Origin: Trueperaceae bacterium
GTDB taxonomy: Bacteria; Deinococcota; Deinococci; Deinococcales; Trueperaceae
NCBI GenBank assembly: GCA_034520945.1
Contig: JAXHNB010000002.1
Coordinates: 32,001 to 96,000 of the forward strand
Direction: 5' to 3'
Length of the DNA stretch: 64,000 nt
Both the position numbers and the translations under genes were made by a program. The notes beneath the pieces were generated by a model. The model had not been told where the DNA came from. It did no database searches and was given only the letters and a program-made list of their open reading frames with translations. Positions 18,916 through 29,300 of this stretch are shown in pieces. Positions within the stretch are counted from its first letter, which is position 1, and the number at the start of each line of letters is the position of its first letter.

Positions 18916-20436
18916 ATGACCGACGCAGGCGAGCAGGATGCGCTGGTGCTCGACGTCGGCACCAGCGCCGTGAAGGCGGCGGTGCTGACGCCGGACGGCA
19001 CGGTCCGCGCCCAGGCGGCGGCGGAGATCGCCACGCGCACCGCCGAGGGCGGCGTGATGGAGCAGGACGCCAGCGCCTGGTGGGAGGCGACCCGCAGCGC
19101 GGTGGCGGGCCTGTCCGGCGCGGTGGACCTGGGTGGCGTGGGGCGCGTGGCGCTCACCGGCCAGATGCAGGATCTGACCCTGGCCGACGCGGACGGCCGG
19201 CCGCTCCGCCCCACCATCCTGTACGGCGACACCCGGGCGGTGCGCGAGGCCGCCGAGGTGAACGCGGCGGTCGGGGCGGCGCGCCTGCGCGACCTGAGCG
19301 GCAACGAACCGGACGCGGGCGGGCTGCTGGCCAAGCTGGCCTGGCTGCGCCGCCACGAACCCGGGACGTGGGCGAACACCGAGCGGATCTTCCTCGGCGC
19401 CAGCGACGCGGTCGCGTTCCGCCTGACCGGGCGCGCCGCCTGCGACACCACCACCGCCTCCACCACCAGCCTGATGGCGCTGGAGGCCCGCGCGCCCCTC
19501 CCGAACGAGGTGTTCGAGGCGCTGGGCATGGCCGGCGTGCCGGCGCGGTTGCCCCGCCTGGTCGCGGGCGGCACCGCGGTCGGGCCGCTCACCCCCGCGG
19601 CCGCAGACGCCCTGGGCGTGCCGGCCGGCATCGCGGTGCACGTGGGGCCCGGCGACGCCGGCGCGACCACCGTAGGCGCCGGCAGCGGCGAGCCGGGGCC
19701 CGCCTCGGGGTACGTGGGGACCAGTGGCTGGGTGGCGTTCAGCGCAGCAGCGCGCGGCGACCCGGACGCAGGCGTGTTCACCCTCGCCCATCCTGCGCCG
19801 GGCCGGACCATTCAGGTGGCGCCGCTGTTGACGGCCGGCGGCAACCTGGCCTGGGCGAGGGCCGCGCTGGGCGCGGGCGCAGATTACGAGGCGTTGATCG
19901 ACGAGGCGCTGGACCGACCGCCCGGCCGCACCTTGTACCTGCCGTACCTGCAGGGCGAGCGCGCGCCGTTTCGGGATCCCGACGCGCGTGGCGCGTTCAT
20001 CGGGCTCGAGCTCGGCACCACGCACCTGGACATGGTCAGGGCGGTGCTGGAAGGCGTGGCGTTCGCCTACCGGCACGCGTTGCGGGCGTTGCGGCCCGGC
20101 TCGGACGAGGCGCTGGAGGGGCTGGTCCTGTCGGGGGGTGGCACGCGTTCGGCGGCGTGGTGTCAGCTGTTCGCCACCGTTCTGGGGGCGCCGGTGCGGG
20201 TGATGGACGAGCCGGGCGCGGTGGGGGTGCGCGGGGCGCTTCGCTGCGCGCAGGTCGCGGCCGGCGACGCGCCGGACTACCGCGTCCGCCTGCGGGTCCG
20301 CACCTTCGAGCCCGACCCGGCCGCACGCGCCCACTACGACGCGCTGTTCGAGCAGTTCCTGCAGGCGTACGTGGGGCTCCGGCCGACGTTCCAAGGGCTG
20401 GCCCAGGTGCCGACCGCCTCGGGGGGCACGCCGTAG
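18916..20436 (+). CDS. FGGY carbohydrate kinase (xylulokinase-like), copy 1
   Basis: LDVGTSAVK, TGQMQ, GTSGW, YLPYLQGERAP, RAVLEGVAF, SGGGTRS. Confidence 0.9.
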   Translation: MTDAGEQDALVLDVGTSAVKAAVLTPDGTVRAQAAAEIATRTAEGGVMEQDASAWWEATRSAVAGLSGAVDLGGVGRVALTGQMQDLTLADADGRPLRPTILYGDTRAVREAAEVNAAVGAARLRDLSGNEPDAGGLLAKLAWLRRHEPGTWANTERIFLGASDAVAFRLTGRAACDTTTASTTSLMALEARAPLPNEVFEALGMAGVPARLPRLVAGGTAVGPLTPAAADALGVPAGIAVHVGPGDAGATTVGAGSGEPGPASGYVGTSGWVAFSAAARGDPDAGVFTLAHPAPGRTIQVAPLLTAGGNLAWARAALGAGADYEALIDEALDRPPGRTLYLPYLQGERAPFRDPDARGAFIGLELGTTHLDMVRAVLEGVAFAYRHALRALRPGSDEALEGLVLSGGGTRSAAWCQLFATVLGAPVRVMDEPGAVGVRGALRCAQVAAGDAPDYRVRLRVRTFEPDPAARAHYDALFEQFLQAYVGLRPTFQGLAQVPTASGGTP

Positions 20437-20527
20437 GGAGGGGGCGAGCTGTCGCGCTCCGGCCGGCTGCGCCGGTGCGCAGGGGAATTGTGCCGGGGCG
20501 CACGCCCGGCTTGCGAGACGTGACCTA

Positions 20528-20541
20528 ACCTACCGGTAGGT
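20528..20541. promoter_or_regulatory. Perfect 14-bp palindrome ACCTACCGGTAGGT, probable TetR operator, copy 1
   Basis: Perfect inverted repeat ending immediately before the TetR ATG; no RBS, so probably a leaderless transcript. Confidence 0.65.
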
Positions 20542-21096
20542 ATGGGTGTTCGGGAGCAGATCCTCACGGCCGCGGAACGGGCCTTCGCGGCACGCGGCTA
20601 CGCGGGCACGCAGGTCGGCGAGATCGCGGGGGAGCTGGGGCTCACCAAGGCCGCCATCTACCACTACTTCGAGTCCAAGCGGGCGCTGCTCACCACGCTC
20701 CTCGACGAGAGCCTTGCCGCCGCGCAGCACGCGCTGACCATGGAGGCACCGCTGGCCTCCCGGCTGCACGCCTACGCCGACGTGTACCGAGACCAACTCG
20801 AACCGCTGACCGCGGTGGCGACGGCGCAATCGACGCGTCGCGGCGGCGACCTGGAGGCGGGCCGCATCGCCGGTCGCTACATGCAGCGCAGCGTCGCGCT
20901 GCTGGAGGAGGCGCTGCGCGAGCACGTGGGCAACGAGCGCGCCGGGCTGCTGGCGCCCCTGTTCAGCACCATCGTGCACGGTGCGCACATGATGGCGCAG
21001 CACCATCCCGGCGTGCAGCGGGAGGCGCTCGTCGACGAGGGCGTGCGGGTGTTCGTGCGGGGCATCGGCGGACCCTGGGAGGCGGAGGCGCGATGA
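20542..21096 (+). CDS. TetR/AcrR-family transcriptional regulator, copy 1
   Basis: REQILTAAERAFAARGYAGTQVGEIAGELGLTKAAIYHYFESK HTH. Confidence 0.93.
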   Translation: MGVREQILTAAERAFAARGYAGTQVGEIAGELGLTKAAIYHYFESKRALLTTLLDESLAAAQHALTMEAPLASRLHAYADVYRDQLEPLTAVATAQSTRRGGDLEAGRIAGRYMQRSVALLEEALREHVGNERAGLLAPLFSTIVHGAHMMAQHHPGVQREALVDEGVRVFVRGIGGPWEAEAR

Positions 21097-22013
21097 ACGT
21101 CGCGATGGCGACACCGGCGCCGCACGAGTCGCTGGTGCGGTGCGCCGAGCTGGCGCGGGCGCACTCCACCACCTTCGCGTGGGGCGCGCGGGCGTTCCCG
21201 GCCGACGAACGCCGTGCCGTCCTGGCGATCTACGCCGCCTGCCGGGCCGGCGACGACGCCGTCGACGAGGCGCCCGCCGGCGCCGATCCCGCCGCGCGTT
21301 TGGCGGCGTGGTGGGCGGGGATCGAGCGCGCCTACGCCGGTACGCCCACCGCCGGCGACGCGCGCGAGGAGGCGCTCGCCTGGGTGCTGTCGCGCTACCA
21401 GGTTCCGTTCGACGCCTTCTCCGAGCTGCACCTGGGGCTCCAGTCCGACCTGGCGCGCAGCCGTGTGGAGACGTTGGACGAATTGATGCTGTACTGCCGC
21501 CGGGTCGGCGGCGTGGTGGGGTGGATGATCACGCCGATCGCGGTCGAACACGCCACGCCCGAAATGCAGCGCGACGCCCTCGCGCTCGGCGAGGCGATGC
21601 AGCTCACCAACATCCTGCGTGACGTGGGCGAGGACCTGCGCCTGGGCCGCCTCTACCTTCCGGCCCAGGCGCTGCATCGCTACGGCGTCCGCGAGGACGA
21701 TCTGCAGGCGGGCCGCGTCACCGACGCCTACGTCGGGCTTCTGCGACACCTCGCCCGCCGCGCCGATCGCCTGTACCGCCAGGCCTGGCGCAGCATTCCT
21801 CGCCTCGAGGGGCGCGCCGCGTTGGCGGTCGGGCTCGCCGCCGACCAGTACCGCGGCATCCTCGGGACGTTGCGGCGCAACGGGTACGACAACCTGACCC
21901 GCCGTGCCAGCCTGACGCACGCGCAGCGCCTCGCCCTCGTCCCCCTCGCCGCAGCGCGCGTGATGGACGGACGCAGGCGGGCCGCGCGCCTCGGCCGAGG
22001 GGGGCGGCCGTGA
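21093..22013 (+). CDS. crtB: Phytoene synthase, copy 1
   Basis: HSTTF, YAACRAGDDAVD, YCRRVGGVVG, LGEAMQLTNILRDVGED, GRLYLP. Confidence 0.93.
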   Translation: MNVAMATPAPHESLVRCAELARAHSTTFAWGARAFPADERRAVLAIYAACRAGDDAVDEAPAGADPAARLAAWWAGIERAYAGTPTAGDAREEALAWVLSRYQVPFDAFSELHLGLQSDLARSRVETLDELMLYCRRVGGVVGWMITPIAVEHATPEMQRDALALGEAMQLTNILRDVGEDLRLGRLYLPAQALHRYGVREDDLQAGRVTDAYVGLLRHLARRADRLYRQAWRSIPRLEGRAALAVGLAADQYRGILGTLRRNGYDNLTRRASLTHAQRLALVPLAAARVMDGRRRAARLGRGGRP

Positions 22014-22108
22014 CGCGCCCCGCCCGCTCGGCCGTGGTCACCGGGTCAGGGTTGGGGCGCGACGCCGGCGCGGCCGGTCCGCTCGGCGCGGTGGAGGTGG
22101 CCGGATGA
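22010..22108 (+). pseudogene. 32-codon remnant, probably an internally deleted phytoene desaturase (crtI), copy 1
   Basis: Translates MTRPARSAVVTGSGLGRDAGAAGPLGAVEVAG; GTGA overlap with the crtB stop, ATGA overlap with the cyclase start; AVVTGSGLG resembles the start of the CrtI FAD-binding motif. Confidence 0.55.
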
Positions 22109-22854
22109 CCTACCTTCAGTTCCACCTCGTCTTCCTGCTGCCGCCGATCGTGGCGCTGTTCCTGCTTACGCGCCGGCGCCTCCGCGGCACGGCGCTCGGC
22201 GCGAGCCGGGTCGTGACCGCGTTCGCCGCGATCGTGGTGCTGGCGCTGGCCTACACCACACCCTGGGACAACGCCCTGGTGGCCCGCGGTGTGTGGGGGT
22301 ACCCAGACGGGCGCGTGCTGTTTACGCTCGGGTACGTGCCGATCGAGGAGTACGCCTTCTTCGTGCTGCAACCGATCCTTACGGGGCTTGCGCTGCTGGT
22401 GCTGGCCGGGCCCGGGCCGTTGGCGCCGCGGGCGCGGCCAGCGCCGTGCGCCGCGCTGTGGCGGGTCCTCGGCGCGAGCGGCTTCCTCGCGCTGGGCGGT
22501 GTGGGCGCCGCGCTGCTCACGACACAGGCCGGGACCTACCTGGGCATGATCCTCGCCTGGGCGGGGCCCGTGGGGGCGTTGCAGTGGGCCGTCGGGGGGC
22601 ACGAGCTCGCGGCGCGCGGGCGGTCGTGGCTGCCCGCGGTGGCGGTGTCGACGCTCTACCTGTGGGCGGCCGACCGCGCCGCCCTGGCGCTGGGGATCTG
22701 GTGGATCTCGCCGGAGCTGACCACGGGGGTCCACCTGCTGGGCCTGCCCGTCGAGGAGGCGACGTTCTTCCTGGTCACCAACCTGATGGTGGTGCAGGGC
22801 TTGGTGCTGTTCCTGGCGATGGTGCCGCGGAGGGAGTGGCGATGGGCGTACTAG
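22105..22854 (+). CDS. Membrane lycopene cyclase (fused CrtYc/d type), copy 1
   Basis: MTYLQFHLVF, YTTPWDN, VPIEEYAFF and LPVEEATFF (two cyclase half-domains). Confidence 0.88.
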   Translation: MTYLQFHLVFLLPPIVALFLLTRRRLRGTALGASRVVTAFAAIVVLALAYTTPWDNALVARGVWGYPDGRVLFTLGYVPIEEYAFFVLQPILTGLALLVLAGPGPLAPRARPAPCAALWRVLGASGFLALGGVGAALLTTQAGTYLGMILAWAGPVGALQWAVGGHELAARGRSWLPAVAVSTLYLWAADRAALALGIWWISPELTTGVHLLGLPVEEATFFLVTNLMVVQGLVLFLAMVPRREWRWAY

Positions 22855-23480
22855 GGGCGTTCCTCCGCACCGGTTTCGACGTGATGGTACGGCGGCGCCT
22901 GCGTGGGGTGTGGTTGCGCGGCGAGCTTCCCGGCGGCGGGTTCGTGTGGGCCGCCAACCACCACGGCTGGTGGGACGCCTTCGTCGCCGTCGTCATGCTG
23001 TGGCGCCGCGGCCGACGGGTGTGCGTCCTGGTCGACCCCGAGAGCCTGGCCCAGCACGGCTACCTGCGGCACGCCGGGGCGCTGGGCACGCACGAACTTC
23101 GCGCCGCCCTGGCCCGGTTGCGCGCGGGGGAGGTGGTGGTGATCTTCCCCGAGGGCGAGCTGCGTGCGGCGGGACCGGTCGGTCCGCTGGCGGGCGGCGC
23201 CGCCTGGTTGGCGCGGCGGGCGCCCGCCCCGCTGGTGGCGGTGGCGACCCGTGTCACGCTGCGCGGGCACCAGGCGCCGGAGGCCTACCTGTCGCTGCGG
23301 CCCTGCCGGCCCGACGCCCTCGAGGCGGCCCTGCGCGAGGAAGTGGCGGAACTCGACGCCGAACTGCAGGCGTCCGACCCGCGCGCGCCGCTGCCGGGCT
23401 TCGCGCGCGTGTTGGCCGGGCGCCGGAGCGCCGAGGAGCGCCTGCCGCGCCGCGGGACCGCGCGGGAGACCTCCCGGTGA
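22842..23480 (+). CDS. PlsC-like acyltransferase, probable carotenoid-glucoside acyltransferase, copy 1
   Basis: AANHHGWWD (NHxxxxD) and IFPEG motifs; operon context. Confidence 0.8.
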   Translation: MGVLGAFLRTGFDVMVRRRLRGVWLRGELPGGGFVWAANHHGWWDAFVAVVMLWRRGRRVCVLVDPESLAQHGYLRHAGALGTHELRAALARLRAGEVVVIFPEGELRAAGPVGPLAGGAAWLARRAPAPLVAVATRVTLRGHQAPEAYLSLRPCRPDALEAALREEVAELDAELQASDPRAPLPGFARVLAGRRSAEERLPRRGTARETSR

Positions 23481-24556
23481 GCGTCCTGCTGCCGTGGGCC
23501 GTGCTGGCCGTATGGGCGTTGCGCATCTGTGTGCTGAGCGTCAACCTGCGGGCGTTCCCCGTCCTGGCGCCCGCGGGCGGGGACGCCACGCTCGGACGCG
23601 TCTCTTTGCTCGTCCCCGCCCGCGACGAGGAGGCCACGCTGCGCGAGACGCTGCGCGGGCTGTTGGCGCAACCCGCCGACGAGATTCTGGTCCTGAACGA
23701 TCATTCGCGCGACGGCACCGGCGCGCTCCTGGCGGCGGCGGCGCGGGACCACCCCACTCTTCGCGTTCTGGAGGGCGCGCCGCTCCCCGAGGGGTGGATC
23801 GGCAAGAACTGGGCGTGCCATCAGTTGGCCGAAGCCGCGCAGGGGGACGTCCTGGTGTTCGCGGACGCCGACGTGCGGTGGCAGGAGGGGGCGCTGCCCG
23901 CCCTCGTGGCGGAGATGGCACGCCAGGGCGCGGACGCGTTCTCCGTGTTCCCGCGTCAACGGATGGGCAGCCTGGGGGAGCGCGCGGTCCTGCCGCTGAT
24001 CGACGAGACCTTGCTGTCGTTCCTTCCGTTCGCCTTGCTGGAGCGTGACGTGCCGTCCGCCGCGGCGGCGCACGGGGCGGTCTTCGCGTTCCGGCGCGAT
24101 GCCTACCGGCGTACCGGCGGTCACGCGGCGCTTCGGGGCGAGATCCTCGAGGACGTGCGGATGGCGCAGCGTGTGCGGCGCGTCGGCGCGCGGTTGGGCC
24201 TGGCGCTGGGCGGCCCCATGCTGGGCATCCGCATGTATCACGGCTACGCCCAGCTCGTGCGCGGGATGGGCAAGAGCCTCCGCGCCATCCACGGCGACGC
24301 GCGCCTGCTGGTGGTGCTGGGGGCGGTCGCGAACCTGGCGATGTACACGGCGCCGTTCGTGCTGGCGCCGCTCGACCTGCGCTGGCTGCCGGCGGCGGCC
24401 CTGGCACTGCTGTCGCGGGCGCTGGTCGACGCCAAGACGGGCCGCGGATCGCTGGCCGAGCTCGCGCTGGTGCCGTTCGCGCCGTTGCTGGCGCTGCCCG
24501 CCTACGCCCTGGGCCTGCGCCGCCAGCGCCACTGGAAAGGACGGGTCTACGCGTGA
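23477..24556 (+). CDS. GT2 glycosyltransferase, probable carotenoid glucosyltransferase, copy 1
   Basis: LVPARDEE, LPEGWIGKNWACHQL, FADAD, ILEDV motifs; operon context. Confidence 0.85.
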   Translation: MSVLLPWAVLAVWALRICVLSVNLRAFPVLAPAGGDATLGRVSLLVPARDEEATLRETLRGLLAQPADEILVLNDHSRDGTGALLAAAARDHPTLRVLEGAPLPEGWIGKNWACHQLAEAAQGDVLVFADADVRWQEGALPALVAEMARQGADAFSVFPRQRMGSLGERAVLPLIDETLLSFLPFALLERDVPSAAAAHGAVFAFRRDAYRRTGGHAALRGEILEDVRMAQRVRRVGARLGLALGGPMLGIRMYHGYAQLVRGMGKSLRAIHGDARLLVVLGAVANLAMYTAPFVLAPLDLRWLPAAALALLSRALVDAKTGRGSLAELALVPFAPLLALPAYALGLRRQRHWKGRVYA

Positions 24557-25695
24557 CGGCGGCCCCCCGTTCGTCGCTGCCCTCGCCCCAGGGCGCTCCC
24601 GTCGCCGGGCATCTGGGCCGCTGGGGGAAAGAACCCCTGACGCTGCTCGAAGAAGGGGCGGCACTGGGCGAGGCATTCGAGCTTCGCCTGTGGCGGCGCG
24701 CCGTGGTCGGGTACTCCACCGCCTGGAACCGGACCGTGCTGGGCGACCTGGACACCTTCCGAAGCCGCGGCAGCCTCAGCGGCATGACGCCGTACCTGAA
24801 CGGGGGCGTCGTCATGACCGACCCGCCGGCGCACGCCGAGCGCAGGGCCCAACTGAACCCGCACTTTCACGCGACGGCGCTGGCGCCGCTGCGCGAGCGG
24901 CTGGCGCGTACGGTCGATCGCGAGCTGCCGCGCGGTTCGTTCGACACCGTCGCGTGGTCGCTTCGGGTGGTGCCGGCGCTGCTCAACGAGGCGTTCTTCG
25001 GAGGTTCGTTCCCGCCGGCGCTGCTGGCGCACTTCCTGGCGCCGCTGCACCGGCCGTTGCCCGGGCCGCTGCTACCGCGGCCGGTGCGCTTCGCCCGCGT
25101 GCGGCGCCAGATCGCGCGCCGCATGGGGCACGCCCCGGAGGGCGCGCTCGTGAACGAGCTGGCGCACCTACCGGGCGCGGCGGAGGAGGTGCGGGTGTCG
25201 CTGGCCGCCGGGTTCGACACCACCTCGCACACCCTCTCCTGGGCGTTGTGGTTCCTCGCGTCGCATCCGGACGCCCGCAACCAGGAAGCCCTGCCACGGT
25301 TGATCAAGGAGACGCAGCGCCTGTACCCGGCCGGCTGGCTGGGCAGCCGCGTCACGTCGCGCCCGTTCACGTTCGAGGGCCGCACCTTTCCGCGGGGCCT
25401 GCTGGTGTTCTACAGCCCCTACCTCACCCACCGCCATCCGGACCTGTGGCGCAATCCGGCGAGCTTCGAGCCGGACCGGTTCGCGTCGCGCCCCCCGGCC
25501 TGGGGGTACATCCCCTTCGCGGCGGGGCCGCGCGCCTGCCTGGGCATGCACCTGGCGCGGATGATGCTCGAGGTGGCGCTGGAGCCGTTCCTGGCCGGAA
25601 CGCTGGAGGCCGTGGACGGCGACCCGCGGCCCCGCACCGGCCTGACCCTCGCCCCGCGCGGGCCGTTGCAGGTGCGCTGGGACCCCCGCGCCTGA
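24553..25695 (+). CDS. Cytochrome P450, probable carotenoid ring hydroxylase, copy 1
   Basis: AGFDTT I-helix, ETQR (ExxR), FEPDRF, FAAGPRACLG heme motif; last gene of the crt operon. Confidence 0.88.
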   Translation: MTAAPRSSLPSPQGAPVAGHLGRWGKEPLTLLEEGAALGEAFELRLWRRAVVGYSTAWNRTVLGDLDTFRSRGSLSGMTPYLNGGVVMTDPPAHAERRAQLNPHFHATALAPLRERLARTVDRELPRGSFDTVAWSLRVVPALLNEAFFGGSFPPALLAHFLAPLHRPLPGPLLPRPVRFARVRRQIARRMGHAPEGALVNELAHLPGAAEEVRVSLAAGFDTTSHTLSWALWFLASHPDARNQEALPRLIKETQRLYPAGWLGSRVTSRPFTFEGRTFPRGLLVFYSPYLTHRHPDLWRNPASFEPDRFASRPPAWGYIPFAAGPRACLGMHLARMMLEVALEPFLAGTLEAVDGDPRPRTGLTLAPRGPLQVRWDPRA

Positions 25696-25737
25696 CGGCC
25701 TACCCTGCACGGACGTCGGGCGCGCGGCAGGGTGCGC

Positions 25738-26346
25738 CTACTCGCCGCGGCCCCGCACCGGCGTCCACCAACGAAAGCTGCGCGCCACGTCGTCGAACGG
25801 GTCCCAGTCGAAGCTTTCCCAGCGCATGATGCGGACCACCCCGTCGTCGCTCGGCACCAGGTAGCTGGACTCGCGGTAGGGCGTCCCGTCGCCCGCGTGG
25901 TAGGTGACCGTGACCCGCACGCCCTCCGTGCCGGGGCCCAGCGCCACCTGCTCGGTGTCGGCGTCCGGACCGTACTGCTCCTTCAGCTGCGCCTCCACGC
26001 TGGTGTCGCGCAAGAAGACGAGGCTCATGTCGGGGACCGTGGGTTCGCCCAGGTGCGTGGTGTGCACGTAGTAGCTGGCGCCGGACGCCGCCACGCGGTG
26101 CGTGCTCGGCACGTCCAGGGCGAAGCCCCGCGCGGTGTCGACGAAGGTGTGCCACTCCATGGGCGCTTCGTGCGGGGGCGGCATGGTCTGCGGACCCGGC
26201 ACCATGGGCGTGTCGTCGCCTCGGTCCTGCGCCCACGCCGCGCTCAGCAGCAGCGCAAGCGCCGCCGCGCTCGCCAACGCGCGCCACCGCTGCCCGCGAC
26301 TCCCGCCATGGAAACGAGGGAGCCGGGGCCGAAGGGACCGTGCCAT
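25738..26346 (-). CDS. Hypothetical secreted protein, copy 1
   Basis: Hydrophobic signal ALALLLSAAWAQ followed by a soluble beta-rich domain; high-GC3 codon pattern. Confidence 0.6.
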   Translation of the reverse strand: MARSLRPRLPRFHGGSRGQRWRALASAAALALLLSAAWAQDRGDDTPMVPGPQTMPPPHEAPMEWHTFVDTARGFALDVPSTHRVAASGASYYVHTTHLGEPTVPDMSLVFLRDTSVEAQLKEQYGPDADTEQVALGPGTEGVRVTVTYHAGDGTPYRESSYLVPSDDGVVRIMRWESFDWDPFDDVARSFRWWTPVRGRGE

Positions 26347-26355
26347 GGGGCGAGT

Positions 26356-29300
26356 CTAGCCGACCCGGAACGCGGCGGCGAGCGCCGCCGCCAGCGCGTG
26401 CGCCTCGTCCCAACGGTGCTCGTCGTGCCCGAGCTGCTGGACCAGGACCTGGTACACGCGCCGCGTCCGGGCGTGCGCGTCCAAGGGGGGCGCGGGTCCA
26501 CGAACCCTTCTTGCTGGAGGAAGCTGGCCAGTTCCTCGCGCTTGTCGCTGCGGAAGCCGGAGACGCGGCCTTCCTCCAGCGCGTCCAGGAGGTCGGCGGC
26601 GTCGCCGTTCAGTTCCTGGGCCAACGCATCGACGCGGTCCAGGAAGGTCTCGCTCACGGCGCCCGACCTCTCGAGAGCGGCGCGGTCGACGGGGCGGCCG
26701 CGTCCTTCGCGCCACGCCTGCAGCCACGCCCGAGCGGCCGCCACGCGCGCGGTGAGCAGGGGGGTGGTGTCGCCTGGCAGCAGGTGCTCGGCGGCGGGGG
26801 ACGCCAGGAGACCTTCGAGCTGGCCGGCGCGCTCGACCCCCAGGCAGAGCAGGCGCCAGGTCAGGGCCAGGTCGTCGCGCAGGAGGTGGAACACGTGCAC
26901 GGCGCCCGCGTCCTGCCACGGGTCGGCCGCGGGCACGGCGATCCGGGTGGCGTACGCCTCGGGCGTGTCACCTCCGGGGTGGGGTGGCCGTTCGCGCGGG
27001 GGCAGCGCGAGCGTGCCGGGGTCAATGATGGCGTGTTGGTCGGCCCGAAGCCGGCCGAGGTCGATCACGTGCGGCGTTTCGTCCGGTGAGGCGTCCTCGT
27101 CGCTCCCGCCGGCACTGCGCCAGAACGCCGCGTCGTCGGCGCGGGCGGTGAGGTAGAACACCTGCCTGCCCTGCTGGCGCGCCACCTGCCGTAGCGCGTC
27201 CGCGACGGCGTGAAACCGTTCGGGGTCGGCGGTGGTGAGGGCCTCGTCCAGGAACAACGGAAGCGGTTCGCGCCCCCGTTCGGCCTCGGTGGCGAAGGAG
27301 ATGCGGACGGCCAGCAGGAGCTGGGCGAGCGTACCGGTGGACAGTTCGCTCGGGGCGCGCCAGCGGCCGGTGGCGGTCTCGTAGGCACGGAAGGCGGGCC
27401 CCTCATCGCCTGGTTGGAACGCCAGCCGGTAGCGGTGGTGCGTGAACCGCGCGAAGGCGTCGGCCGCGCGTCGCAGCGTCGCGGGGCGGTGCTCGCTGCG
27501 GTGGGCCGCCTCGACCTGGTCCAACAGGAACGCGCCGGCGGTGGCCCAGGTCGCCTCTTCGAGCCGGTCGCGCAAGCGGTCCTCGGCTGCCTGCCGTGCG
27601 GCGTTCGCGGCTTCCAACCGGCGGGCGGTGGCGGCGTGGTCGACCTCCGCTTCGATGGCGGCGATCTCCTTGGTGAGCGCATCGGCGCGGTGTTGCGCCT
27701 GTTCGCTCTCGGTGTGAAGGGCGCCCAGCGTGCCGCCGGTTGCCGTCCGCGCTGCCTCCAGGATCTCGGGATGCTCGTTCAGGCGACGTTCCGCCGCCTC
27801 CGCCCCTGCGCGCACGCGCGCCCGTTCGTCCACCCGTTCGCGGTACGCGTCCAGCAGGTCCATGCGGGCGCGAAGCTCGTGCTCCAATGCGCGCGCGTCG
27901 GCGTCGGCCAACGCCTGCTCGGCGTCGCTGTCGCCCAGCAGGCCGGCGTGCTCGAACACGCTTCGGCGCTGCGCACGGGCCTCCTCCAGGCGGGCGCGGG
28001 CGGCGTCGATGCGATCAAAGGCACGCGCCGCCTCGGCCGCGGCGGCGTCGCGGGCCCGCACCCGCTCCGCCAGCGCCTCCAGCGCGCGTTCCAGCATGAC
28101 GCTGTCCGGGCTCATCGCCTCGGGGGCCGCTCGGTAGCGCGCTAGGAATCCCAGCACGTCCTGCCGGCCTCGGGCGAGGGCCGTCTCCAGGCGCACCCGT
28201 TCGGCGCCGGCCGCGGCCGCGGCCCGATGGGTTCGGTCCCGTTCGTCCACCAGCCGCAACCAGCGTTGCAGCGAGCCGTCGAGGTGGCGCGGGTCGAAGC
28301 CCAGCGTTTCGGCCCGTGCCTGCAGGCGTTTCGCTTCGGCGTCCAGACGTTCACGGGTGCGGGCACGCTGCCGTTCCAGGGTGGCGCGCCGTTCGTCGTC
28401 CAGCGCCCGCGTTCGTGCTTCGGCGATCTCCCGTTCGAGCCGGTCGAGCTGCTGGTGCACGGCGTCCGCGGTCCAGTCGGCCGGCGCGGGAAGTCCCGTG
28501 TCCCGGTACGCCTCCCGGGTGCGGGCGCGACGCCGTGCGTGCGGCCGCGCGGGCGACAGCGCCGCCAAGCCCACGGCGGCGGCCAACGCCGTCAGGGCGT
28601 AGGCGGGGTGGACCGCGGTGGCGGCCCACGCCGCCACGGCGACGGCGGCGATCACCGTGACCAGGCCGATCCGGCGCCGCAGGGGCCAGGACGGCTGGTG
28701 CGCGCGCAGCCACGCTGCCAGGTGCCGCCGGCCCTCGTCCAGCACGACGGGGTCGGGCGCCTCCGCGGCCGGTGCCGGCAGGGCGTCCAGGGCGGCTTCG
28801 AGCGCGGCGCGTTCGGCGTCCAGCGCGCGCTTGGCCTCGAGCTCCGTCTCGGCGGCGCGGACCGTGTCGGGACCCAGCCGCGCGGCGGCCTCGGGCGCTG
28901 GCGCGCCGAGGTCCTCGCGGGCGGCCCGCAGGCGGATGCGCTGCGCCGCCTCCTCCCGGGCCTGCGCGGCGTACGTCCCCTCCTGCGTGCGCAGGTGGGC
29001 CACCGCGGCGCGCCACGGTTCCAAGTCGGCATCGGACGGCTGGTGCGGGTCCAGGCCGGTGTGGTGCGTCCGCCGCTGCGCCTCGGCCTGGTCCCGTTCG
29101 GCCGCGGCGAGCGCGCGCGTCGCCTGGTCGTGCGCGTTGTGCGCCGTGTCCAGTTGCCGCAGCAGGTCGCCGTGCAGCAGCTCCATGCCGGGCGGAAACG
29201 CCTCCAACGCCACCTCGAGCTCCCGCATGCGGGCCTCGGCGGCGTGAAGCTCCCGGGCGGCCTGATAGGCGGGCGCCCGGGCGGCCTCGCGCCGGCACGC

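Noticed and set aside
26244..26355. ATPase C-terminal extension overlapping the downstream secreted-protein gene
   Set aside because: A consequence of the homopolymer frameshift; the natural stop is at 26356.
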